DNA from: Rhizaria sp. SCN 62-66
Taxonomy: Eukaryota
Assembly (NCBI GenBank): GCA_001724265.1
Contig: MEDY01000266.1
Location: 1-42,433, forward strand
Length of the DNA stretch: 42,433 nt
Direction: 5' to 3'
A program made the translations under genes and the position numbers. Shown here in pieces: positions 20,924 through 32,900 of the stretch (within the stretch, counting starts at the first letter, position 1; each line of letters starts with the position of its first letter). The notes beneath the pieces were generated by a model. That model saw nothing but the letters and a program-made list of their open reading frames with translations, ran no database searches and was not told the origin of the DNA.

Positions 20924-23900
20924 ATGTCGTCGCAGCTCCCGTCGCCGCCGCTGGGCCCCGTGCCGCCCGGCGAGACGCCGCTTCACCGCCGTGGCAGCTC
21001 GCGCCTCTCGCGCCACACGCGCCCCGCCCCCGCGGACGCTGCCAGCGACTCGTTCGTCTCGCAGCAGCAGCCCCACTTCGACTCATTTTCTCTGCCACCG
21101 AATCACAACACTTCCGTTGCTGCTCCAGCTGCAGCTGCTGCGTACGGCCCGCAGCTCCCGCCGTACACGGGACCGCTCCCGCCGTATCCCTTTGCGACGC
21201 CGCTGCCGTTGCACCGCCCAGGCGCGTCACTGCCCGGCCCCGGCGCCTTCGCTGGCACGCCGGGCTTCGCCCCACCTGCAGCCTATGCCGCTCCTTCAGC
21301 GTACGCGCCCGCTTACTCGCCCGCTTACGCGCCGGCCTACGCGCCCACGTACGGCGCCGGTGCCCCCGTTGCGTCGTCGTCCGGCGACATGAGCGCGCTC
21401 GCCAGCGACTTCCGCGGGCCGCTGCCGCCGCATTTAGCTGCCGTTGCAGCCGCCGCGGCCGCTAACACTGCCGCTGCCAACGCCGCCGCTGCGAACGCTG
21501 CTGCGATGAATTCGAGCGCGATGGGGTACTGCGGCGTTTCCCCGCTTTACAGCGGCGCAAACACGGCAGGCGCGACCCCGGCGAGCAGTCACAGGCCCGG
21601 CCGCAGTAGTCGCAAAGACAAGAAGGACAAAAAGGACAAGAAGGACAAGAAAGACAAGAAGGACAAGGGCACCGACCGCGATCGCGATGGCCGCGATGCC
21701 GACGGGCGCCGTCATCACCACCACCACCACAGCTCGCGCTCTCGGTCCCGCTCCGTCGCGCTGGCCTCCGCGCCGGCGGGGGGCGCCAAGGACGGCGACG
21801 CACCGTTCTCGCTGTCGCAGCTGCGTGCCGTGATCGTCGATGTGCTGGCCTCGGTGCTGCCCAGCCAGCTGGGCAACAGCAACAGCAACGCTGCCGACAG
21901 CGACAAGACAGGCCGCGAGAAAGCTGAGGGCAAGACGGACGCCGACAAAGACGGCGACGGCGGTAGTGACCCATTGGCCGCGCTCAAGGCCGAGGTTGAG
22001 GCGCGGCTGAGCGGTTTGACCTCCGAGCTCGACCAGCTCCGCAGCAAGCAGCAGCTCGCGGCCGAGGAGGCCGCGGCCGCCGCGACCGCCGCGGCGACTG
22101 AGGTCGCTAATACGGCCTCGGCCAAGGCTAAGGCCAAGGCCAAGGCCAAGGCTGAGGAGGAGGATGAGAGCAAGGCTGCGTTGACCGCTGCGGCTGCCGA
22201 GGCTGCTGGCACAGAGGCAGCCGTTCTGAAGGCGGTTCTTTCCGCTCTCGCACCCAACAGCAATAACAACAATAATGCCAACAACAAGAACGGCGGTGGC
22301 GGTAACGACAGTGCCGGCGGCCTCGATGGGCTGCGCGCGCTGCTGATGCCGCTGCTCTGGCCCGACGCTAGCGGCAACACCGCCACCGCTCCCGCCGCCG
22401 CTCCTGCTACCAACGAGGTAAACGTGAACGTCAAGAGTGGTAAGAGCGACAAGGGCGTCGTCGACAATACCGGTGGCCACGGCGGCGACGAAGACGGCGA
22501 CAGCGGCTTCGGGTCGCGCGGCATCTCACTTTTTGCGCGACCCGCCACTAAGGCAGCTACAAACGCCGCCAAGGACGGCGCCAGCGCTGCCGCCGCCCCC
22601 GAGACAGCGACTGGGACTGTGGCAGGGACTGCGACGACGCCTCTGAGCCGCACCGCCACCCCCGCTGGCACCGAGCTGCGTATGATGCTCACGACTCTTG
22701 AGGCGCAGCAACAGCTCGAACAGCAACAGCAACAGCAACATGATAACGCTGCTACTGGTGGTGTTGCTGCCGTTGACAGCACAGACGCCCCCCGCGCGCG
22801 CCCCTCTGTCCCTTCCGTCATCATCACGCTTCCGCCGGACGACAACGACGACAACGCCAACCACAACGGCAACACCGACACGCCTACGGCCGCCAACGCC
22901 GGCCGCTCCGGCCTCGCCTCGGGCCGCAGCGGCCCCCACCACGTGCGCTCCGGCTCGGCCACCGTGCTGTCGGGCCTCAGCTGGTCCGCGCTCGCGGGCG
23001 CGGCGGGCGGCGCAGCCGCGGGCGGCGCGCGCGGTCTGCGGTCGCCGCTGAGCGGGCGCGCGCTCGCAGGGTCATCGTTCAACAACAACAACAGCGGCGG
23101 CGGCGCGAGCGGGGGCAAGTACGGGAACCTGCGCGGCGGCATCCACCGCGCGGGCACGCCCGGCGCGGGCAGCCATTCGGGCGGGCTCTACAGCAGCAGC
23201 GGCGGCAGCAGCGGCGGCGGCAACGTCAACGTCGTCGGCTCGCCCGAGCACGGCGTGCTGCGGTCACCGCGCAGGGCCATACCCGGCGCGACAGGCGGCG
23301 CGACGCTGCTCAGCAGACGGTCCCTCTCGTCGGCCGCGACCTCGCCCTCCTCGCGCCGCGCCGCCGCTGCCGCCGCCGCTGCCGCCGCCGGTGCTGCTGG
23401 TGCGAGCCCGGGCGCTGCTGCCGACGACAGCGCCGCTGGCGGCGCCGCCGGTGGAAGCGACAGCGCTGGCGCTGCTGCTGGTGCGACAAGGGGGCTCCGC
23501 TCGCTGCTCCCGCCGTCGCAGTATCCGGGCTCGAGCAATAACAACAACAGCAACGCCTTGACTGGCACGTCCAAGAGCGCCCGCCTGCTCGCCGCCACCC
23601 CGTCGCTGCTCGTCGACAGCGCCGGCTCCTCAGCCTCCACGGCGGCCTCCGCCGCGCCGTCCGCGGCCGCGGCGCTGAGCGACGACGCGGGCTCCTCGGC
23701 CAGCGCCGGCGCCAACGCGGCCGCGGCCGTCGCGGCGGCCGGCAGGGCGTTTGCGCGCGCCACGGGCGCTTTGCTCTCGCCGTCGTCCGCCGGGAACAAC
23801 AAGGGCAGTGGCGATAATGACAGCACCAGCAAGTCTGCTGACGTGACCGTCGACGCCGACGACGACGCTGAGGCGGCGGCGCGCAGAGGGAAGGCCACCA

Positions 23901-26900
23901 AGAACGACAAAAACGGCGTCGCTGACGGCGATAACGATGAAGGCAAGGTGTTCACCGACGCCGCGTTTGGCTACGGCTGGAATGCGCCTGTGGGCCTTTC
24001 GGTCAAGAACCTCGGCCTGAAGCTCGGACTGGACCCTGGTGCCGACGACGGCGCCAAGAGCGGCCGGCCTGGGATGTCGCTGCAGCTTCCGGGGCTCTCG
24101 ATCCACACCGACAACAACAACGGCAGTGAGACCCCCGACAGCAACGCATCGCACCGGTCGACGTACGCCATTAGCCAGCGCCTCGCCGCGCTCGTCGCGC
24201 CCCCCGACGGCACCATCTCCGCCGCCGCCAACAGCATCAACAACGGCGGCAACGGCGCGGGGCTGACCGCGAGCGGCAACGCCAGCGCCGCAGGCCATGA
24301 GGCCGAGGACGGCGGCGTGCGCGCGCGGATCGCCCGTGAACGCCTGCGCCACCGCGTCAAGCTCAGCCGCTTCCTTCTCGCCGTCGCCTCGCTGCCCGTG
24401 GCCGCCGTGGCCGCGGGCGCGAACAGCGCGGCGGACCCGCTCGTCGCGGCGCACGCGGGCGGGCCGCCGCTGCTGCTCGAGCTGCCGCCGCTGCCAGAGC
24501 GCGGGCGCGACAGCAGCCGCACGAGCAGCGCCGCCGTGTCCCCCACGGCCTCGGCCCTGCTCGCGGGCAGCCTCTCCAGCGGCGCGGGCGGCGCGGGCGT
24601 CGAGACCGAGGAGGACGCGCGCGCGCTGCGGCGCTTCCTGGCCGATCCCGCGCTCGACGACCTGCTGGCCGCGTGTCTGGGCTCTGCCGACGCCGCGATG
24701 CAGTTCACCCGCGAGGCCGCGGCGGCGACGGCCAGCACGGGCTTCGACAACCTCGCCGCGCTGGCGCGGACCGTGCAGACGCGCCGCACCGCCGCGGCCG
24801 CCGCGGCCGCCGCGGACGGGACCGTGAACCACCGGCTGTGGCGCTTCCTCGTCTACAGCGATGACGACCGCGCTGCCACGGCGGATATGGACGCCGCAGA
24901 CGGCACCACCAGCAACGCTAAGTGGTGCCGCCTCCTCGCGCGTGCGCCCGCCGTTGTGCGCCGTGAGTGCACGCCGGCCGCCGTCGCCGATCTCTTGCTC
25001 TCGCTGCCTTTCCCGGCGCTGGTGGTCGAGGCGGCCGTGCGCGCGCTCAACGCAGACGCCTCGGTCGCCGCGCCGCAGAGCTGGAAGGATCTCATCGACG
25101 GCGTTTGGCGCGCCGCGGCCGCCGCGGCCTCGGAGAAGGTCGTCCGGTCCGCCGCGGCCGCCGCGGCTGCGGCTGCGGCGGCCGCCGATGACGCGGACGG
25201 TGGCGGCAGCGCGGAGGCCGCGGCGCGGCGGCGTGCGGAGCGCAGGCGCAGTCTCGGCGCGTTCAGCGCCGACGGCGCGCTGTCGCGCTCTCAGTCTCCG
25301 CGCACGCACCGCGGACTCCGCACCGGTAGCCGCGTGGCGAGCCGCAGCGGGTCCGTGGTGGGCGGCAGCGAGAGCGACTCGCCCTTCGCTCACTCGATCG
25401 CCGCCGCCTCGGCCGCCGCGGCCGCCGCGGGCGCCGGCGGGCAACACAACGCCAGCGGGCACGGCGACGCGGGCACGCCGCATTCGCAGCAGCACTTCAT
25501 GTCGCAGTCGCTGAACAACTCACTCGCGGCCTCGCGCTTCGGCGGCGGCAGCGTCAGTGGCAGCGGCGGCGGCACGACTACCACGACCAACAACAACAGC
25601 AACAGCGCCGCCGCGGCCGACTTGCTCTCGCTCGCGATGCAGTTCTCCGCGTTGAACCTGCCACCCTCACGCGCATCCGGCCGCTGCGTGCCCGTGCTTG
25701 TCGTCTCCTCCAAGCTGCGCACCAATACCGCTACCACGGGCCCCGCCGAGCGCGCCGTGGCCTCGCGCCGGCTCTGGCAGATGCAGGGGCAGGCGCGCGC
25801 CCGGCTCGCGCGCAACGCGGCCGCCACCGCTGCCGCCGCGGCCGCGACGGGCGCGACTCACGCCGGCACGAACGCGAACTCCGCGAGTGCGAACTCCGTG
25901 AGCGCGAATGCGAGCGCGCTGGAGGGCAGCAGCGGCAGCCTGCGCGCGCGGCCGCGGTCCGACCTCTCGGGCTCGCTGTCCACGGCGTCGTTGATGCAGA
26001 CCTTCGTCCCGGGCAGCAGCAACAACCCGATGACCGTGAGCGTCAACCCCCACAACAGCACGCCGCAGCCCGTGAGCTCCAGCGTCGTCGCCGCCGCCGC
26101 CGCCGCGGCCGCTGCTGCGGTGACGAATGCGCAGGCCGCGCCGCACGTGTCCGAGACGGAGGCCGCGCTGCTGACGCTGCAGCTGCCGCTAATGCCCGTG
26201 GGCCACACCGAGCGCACCAGCTCGACCGACGACCCCTCGCCGCAGTGGCAGCGCGAGGTCGTGCTGCCGCTGCGCTGGCTGTCCGTTGTGCTGCCGTCGC
26301 TCCCTCCGCCCGCGGACGTCGCCGCCGCGGCCGCCGCGGCGACGGGCGCCCCGCCCAGCCAGTTCTACTACCCTCCCGAGGTCGCCACTGCGGTCGCCGC
26401 GGCGGTGCAGGAGCACGTGCCGATGCTGTACTTCCGCATCTACGACGTGTCCCTTGCCGCGCTGCCGCCGCAGGGCGACCCGTCGCGGCCTGACGCCGCC
26501 GATTCGGTTCCGCTGCTGCCCGCTACCGACGCCAGCGGCGCGCCGCGCGGGTCGGCGCTGCTCGCAGAGGCCGCCGTGCCGCTCGTCGACATTGTGCGTG
26601 CCGCCGAAGAGGGTTACTCCATCGACTCGACCCTAAGCGACCCTGCCACCGGTGCAGAGGCGCCCGACGCTGGGCTCACCATCACGCCTCGTCTGGTGGA
26701 CCTGGCGCCGCCGCACGAGCACACGCTGCTGCGCGCGGTCGCGTCGTTTGCGGCGCAGTGGCCACGCGGACAGATCCTCGGCATTGCTGACGGGTCCAGC
26801 ATCGTCACCCGCGCACTCCCGCTGCCGCTGCTGCTCTCGCGCCCGCGCGCCGTCGTCGCGGCGGGCGTCGATGCCGACGACGCTGAGGCCGCCGCGCGCG

Positions 26901-29900
26901 CGGCGGCTGCGGCGGCTGCGGAGGAGACGCGCCTCGCCGCGTCATCCGGCGGCCGCAGCGACGGCGGGCTTATTGCGCCCGTCGTCGCGCGTCTGCTGCG
27001 CACGCTCGCGGCGTTGTCGACGTCGACCGTGTTCTACGACCCTGAGGGCGATAAGCATCACACGCTGCTTTCCTCCGCCGCGGTCGGTGGCGACGGCAGC
27101 GGCGACGACGGCGACGGCGACGCTGACGCTGAGGGCGACACCGACCGTCCGCCGGAGCTGTGGCGCGCCGCCAGCCAGACCCGCTACGGGCCCGGCGCGC
27201 GCATTGGGCCGCGCAACCCCACGGCGGGCGCGGCTGGCAACGCGGTGACCGCTCTCTCGACGTACCCGCCGATGATGGCGTTGACGCTCGCGGGCGCCGC
27301 GTTCGCGCTCCCTGCGCCCTCCGCCGCGCCCGTGGCCACGCCGCCGCTGTACGGCCCGTACGGCGCCGCGCCGTCGTCGCCGTCCTCGGCGGACGCGGCG
27401 ACCGCGCGCGCCGCGCTGGCTCGCCGTAGCCAGGACCCCGCCGCGCGCGAGGCCGTGATGCGCCTGCTCAAGGCGGGCTGCCTGCCGCTCGCGCCCGTGG
27501 AGCCGGAGGCCGAGCCCGCGGCGACGGCGCCCCCGGACGCAGGCGCGCACGAGCTGCTGGTGACCGAGACGGGCGCTGCGCCGCCCGTGGCCGCCGAGGA
27601 CGTCGTCGAGCTGGTCACGGCCGCGGGCGGCAGCGCGCGCACGCTGCTGCTGCTGCTGCGACATCTGTCGCTGTCGGCGCAGCAGTTCCTCGCGCTCAAG
27701 CCTCTTACGCGGTCTGTGCGCCTGCTCTTCTCGGTCGGCCGCGACGCGCTGCCGCTGCTGCTGCAGATCGAGCGCGAACGCTCTGCCGCCGACGCCGCAG
27801 GCGCGCTGGCCGCGGACCCGGGCTCCTCGGCCGCGGCCGCCGCCGCCGCGCTCGCGCAGGCCGCCGCCAACAACGCGCTGCTTGGCCTGTCGCTGTCGCT
27901 GCCGCCCGCGCCGCCGCCGCCGCCGCCGCCCGCGTCGTTCGCGGACCTCATGCGCGACCTGTGCCGCCGCGCGCGCCTCTGCCGCTGGGTCCGCGCCGAC
28001 CCCGCCGCCGCGCCCGCCGCCATCGCGGCTGCGGGCGCGTCTGCGGGCGCGGAGGTGCTGGCGTTTCCCCTGTCCGACGTGCGGCGTCGCGCCGCGGTCG
28101 CGCTCACTGACGCGCGAGCGCTGCTCAACCAGATCGTCGCAAGCATTGAGGGCGGGCCCGTCTTCGGCGCCGACGCCGACGCCGCGGCCGCCGACGTTGC
28201 CAACGCCAGCGCCGGCGCGGGTGGCGGTGGCGGCGACTCGGCCGGTCTGCTTTCAGCCTCGGTGCGCCGTAGCAGCTCTCGCCGCGGCAGCACCGCGGGC
28301 TTCGTCGCGGAGGCCCTCCACGGTCTCGCCGACGGTGGCGGCGGCGGCGCTGGTAGCGCGGGCGGCGCGGGCACCGCGGGTTCCGGCTCCGGCGGCGGCG
28401 CGGCGGGCGGACTTGCGCTGATCAACTCGGCGGGCGCCGCGTCGACCACGACGCTGCTGAGCGCCAACACGGCCTCCTCCGCGCCGCTGTGCGACCGGCG
28501 CGCGGACCTGGTGCTGACGGCCGCGCGCTGGCAGACGGGCGTCGTGCAGGCGCTGCTCGCGCAGAGGGCCGCCGCTCGCCACGCCGCCGCGCTCGCGCTC
28601 GCGACGCGGGCCGACGCGCTGCAGGCGACCGCGGACCAGCAACGCGGCGCCGAGGCCGCGGACTCGCCCGTCATGCGATCGCTGCTCGCCGAGGCCGCGG
28701 CGCTGCGCGAGGAGGCCATGGCGACGGCGCGCAAGCCGCTCTTCCGCAGCGCGCGCGCGCTGTCGACGGTGATCACGCGCATGTTTGCCGCCGAGGCCGC
28801 GGCCGAGACGGCGGAGACCGCGGCCGTGGTTGACTGGCTCGCAGGCGGCGGCGACGACGACGACGACAGCTCTGACGTGCCCGCCCCCGCCGGCGCCGCC
28901 GCCGGCAGCGACGACCTGGACCAGTCGTTCGCGTCGGTGCCCGGCCAGCGCGCGGCGGCACAACAGTCGCCGCCGTGGCTGGTGTTCCTCAACTCGCCGT
29001 ACCCGGCGCACGCGGGCCCGCTGCTCATGCTGCCTTCGCTCGCGGCCTCGTCCCCGCCGGCCTTCGCCACCAACACTGCGTCGACTCTCGCCGCCGGCGG
29101 CGCGCCGACCGCGCACGGCGGTCGCTGGCTGCTGCAGCACCGTTTAGTCCCGCTCTCTCTGCGGCGCGGGCCCGGCGCGCCGTCGTCGCTGCCGGCGCCC
29201 GGCGGCGCGCCGTCGCACGCCGCGCTGCACGCGCAAGCTGCGTGCCTCGCCATGGCCGCGGGCGCCGGCCCGCTTGCGCTCGCCGCGCTGCACCGGCTGC
29301 TCGAGCAGGGCTTCGTGCCGCGCAACCTGGGCGCGCTCATCAACGCCGTCGAGGCCGAGGTCGCCGGGTACCTAATGACCCACGGCGGCGCTGGGCTTGC
29401 GCCGCCCACGGCCCCGACCGCGCCCGGCACGGTTATCGCGCCGCCCGTGGTAGTGGCGCGGCGGCCCGTCACGTTCGGCGAGCCCGCGGCTGCGGCGGCG
29501 CTGGCGGCCGAGGAGGAGTACACCGCTGCCACCGCGGCGGCCGCTGTCGAGGCTGCTGCCGCTGCCGCAGCGGTCCCGCCGTCCCCGCTGCTATCCGCGC
29601 AGGGGCTTAGCAACGGCGGGCCCTCGAGCGCCAACCTCCGCAACAGCGCTGCGCAGAACAACGGCAACGGCGCGGACGCGACCGCAGCGCCAGGCTGCAG
29701 CCCCGCGACCGTGGCGGGCGCGCCCTGGCGCCTCGACTCGGCCGCGGTGGCGCGCCTGGCGGTCGCTGAGGCCTCCGTGTGCTCCGGCTCCCGCGCCTTT
29801 GGCTTCTCGTCCCTGTACGTCGTTGGCGTCGACCCCGTGGCCACCGCCGCGGCCGTCGCGGCGGACCCCGCGGTGCGCGCCGCGCTCGCCGCCGCGGCCT

Positions 29901-32900
29901 CCGCCGCCGCCGCGGCATCCGCCGCCGCCGCCGCCGCCGCGGGTCGGACCCCGCCGACGGCACGCGTGTCGCTGCCGGGCTCTGCACGCGGCGGGCTGGG
30001 GCTCGGCGGCGACTCGGCGCCCTCGTCGGCGACGACGACGCCGCTGCTGGGCTCCACCCGCACCGCGGCCGCCGCGGCGCAGACCCCCACGCGGTCGACG
30101 ACAGCGAGCGTCGCCGCTACCTCCGTCGGACTCGGCCTCGGGCTTGCGGCGGGGGCGGCGGCCGCTGCGGCCGGCTTCGTGCCCGGCGGGCCGTTCGACC
30201 CCACGCAGCCGCCGCCGGTGGCTGCGGGCCGCTACGGCTGGGTGGACGTGTACTCGGACGGCAGCGAGCTCTTCATTCCGCCGACACACGCGCACGCGCG
30301 CGCTGCCGTGCGGCAAATGGTGCGCTCAGGCCACTTGCCCTCCGCCGCCTCTCCCAAGAGCGCTCACGGGAACAATAATAAGAACAACAATAATGCTGCT
30401 GCAGCGAGTAGTGACGACTTCGGGACGAGCGCTGACTCTAATGGAACCGCTGCTGCTGCTTCTGCTTCTACGGATGACGCAGAGGCAGCTGCAGCGGCGC
30501 CCGCGTTCGCCGTGCGTCTGACCCCATTCCCGCGCCTGTCGACGCTGGACGCGACGCGACTATGGCGCAGTGCCCCCGCGCCCGTGGCCGTGGCGCGCGC
30601 CTGGCAGTCCGCCGCCGAGGCCGTCGCCGTTGCCACCGTGACGCACATCGTCTGCGCACAGGCCATCGCGCTCACGGCCGCCGCGCCGGGGTTTGCGTCA
30701 GCTTCCACCGCGACGCCGACGACCGCGGGCACGGCGACCGCGACCAATGCCGCTGCCACGGCCGCCGCGTCCGCGTCTGGCGTCCCCCTGACGTGCTTGC
30801 TGATCCCGCTGCCGATCCAGTTCCAGGCGCTGACGCCGCGGTTCGAGTACCACCTCATCGCGCTGCTCGCGGCCGCCGGCAACGACTGCTCGGCGCTGGT
30901 CCGCGCGCTTAAGGCCCTCGCGCTGCAACACTGCTCCGCGCACTGCCTTGGTGGCGCGCTGCCCAACGCCGACGGCACGCCGGGCCACAACCACTCGCCG
31001 CAGCCTGCGTATCCGGGTTTCCTCCCACTTGCGGCGGCCATCCAGGACCAGCTCTCGCGCGAGCGCGCCGCCACGGCCGCCGCGGTCGCTGCGCTGGGGT
31101 CCGACGCGCAGCTGCGACGCTCGCGCCATGCGGCCGTGATCGCCCAGCCCGGCGTGCTGTCGGTGCTCGCCGCGGGCGTCGTCGAGCGCGCGGGCGCGCC
31201 GCCCGAGGCCGTGACGCCGGTGATCCGGCGCGTCGTGCAGGAGATCGAGGTGCTGGACACGGTCGACATTGACGGGCTGGGCGAGCTCGTCGTTCAGATC
31301 TGCTCGCAGCAGGACCCCGCGGGCACGGCCGGCTCGGTGGCGGGCGGCTCCATCGCGGGCTCCGTCGGCGGGCTCGGGCTGCAGGCGAACAACGGCGCCG
31401 GCAGCGTCGCCAGCGGTGCCGCGGGTGCCGGCCTGGTCGGCTCGTCTTCGCAGCCGCGGCTAGCGACCTCGCTGGCCGGCGGACTGGACTCGAGCTTCGC
31501 CATGTCAAGTCGCGACCCCATGGCGGCTTACATCATCGACCTCACCACGACTGGCCGCAGCGCCTACGCGTCGCATGCGGCGGCCGTCGCTGCAGCTGCG
31601 GCGGCCGCGGCGGCTGCGGCTGGTGCAACGCCGTTTGCCTCCCCCGCTGGCTTCACGACTCTGCGCCGCGGTTCATTCAACTGCTCGCTGGGCCTGCCCG
31701 GCACGCACGCGCATCACGCCGCCGCGGCCGCAGCGGCAGCGGCGGCGCACGCCGCGGCAGTCGGCGCGCCGTCCCCGGGCTTCGGCCCCGCCGTAGCCCC
31801 GGGCCTCGCTGCTAGCGGAAGCAGCCTGAACAACGCTGCGGCCGCGCTGCGCCCGGCCGTGAACCCGTTCGCGGCGACTGAGGCGACGGACCTCGCGCTG
31901 CTGCCGTCACAGCCGCCGCCGCTGTGGGCGCTGCGCGGCACCGCGGGCGGCGGCTCCAACGCTGGCTCCGTCGCGGGCACCGCGCTGCCGTCGTTGCCAC
32001 CCGCCGCGCTGTCGTCCGCACCCACGGATCTCTCGACGCTCACGGCAGGCAACAACAACATGAGCAGCAACAAGTTCGGTAAGTCGCTGCTGCTGCCGCC
32101 CGCGAACCCCAGCTCCAACGCTGGCGGCAACGGCGGCGTGACCCGCTCCCCCGGCGGCGGCAGAAGCGGCGCGAGCGCGGGCATGAACGCTCTGGGCCAC
32201 CACCGTTCGCGCTCGCACTCGCACGCCGCGCTGCGCTCCATGGCTCTCAAGCTCGGCTACCGCTACGGCGGCGACGGCGACGACGATGATGACGACGACG
32301 CTGATGCCGGCGTCTCCGCCGCGACGCCCGCGGCCAACGCGCTGGCCTCTGCCGCCGCGGCGGGCCTCACCGGGACGGCGGACGTGCAAGTCGGGGAGTG
32401 GGCCACCGCGCGCCGCCGCTCCGCCGCGCTGCGCCGGGCCCGCCGCAGCGCGCGCGCGCGCGCCAACGGTGCCGGTGCCGACGGCAACGGCGCCGGCGCC
32501 GCGGGCGGGTTTGGCGGGCACGGCGAGGCCGCGTTTGATAGCAGCGACGAGGACGAAGACGAGGACGAGGACGAGGACGACGAGGCAGGCGGCGCCGACG
32601 GCAAGGACAAGGGCCAGGCCGCCGCGGGCAAGGACGGCGCCGGCGCCGCTCCCTCTAAGACGCGCGGGCTGGCGGATATCAAGCGCGCCGCCGATGCCGC
32701 CCATGCCGCCGCGGCCGCTGGCGCACTGCGCATGTTAGGCTCCGCTAACGGCAGCAACAACGGTGACGGCCTGCTGCAATTGCCCGCCGGCGACGTCAAC
32801 GGCGACGCACAGCGTCCCCTCAGCATCAACCTGCTCGTGACCGACGACGAGGACGACTTGCCGCCCCACCTGCGCCGGAGCCAGAGCGTGAGCACCGACG

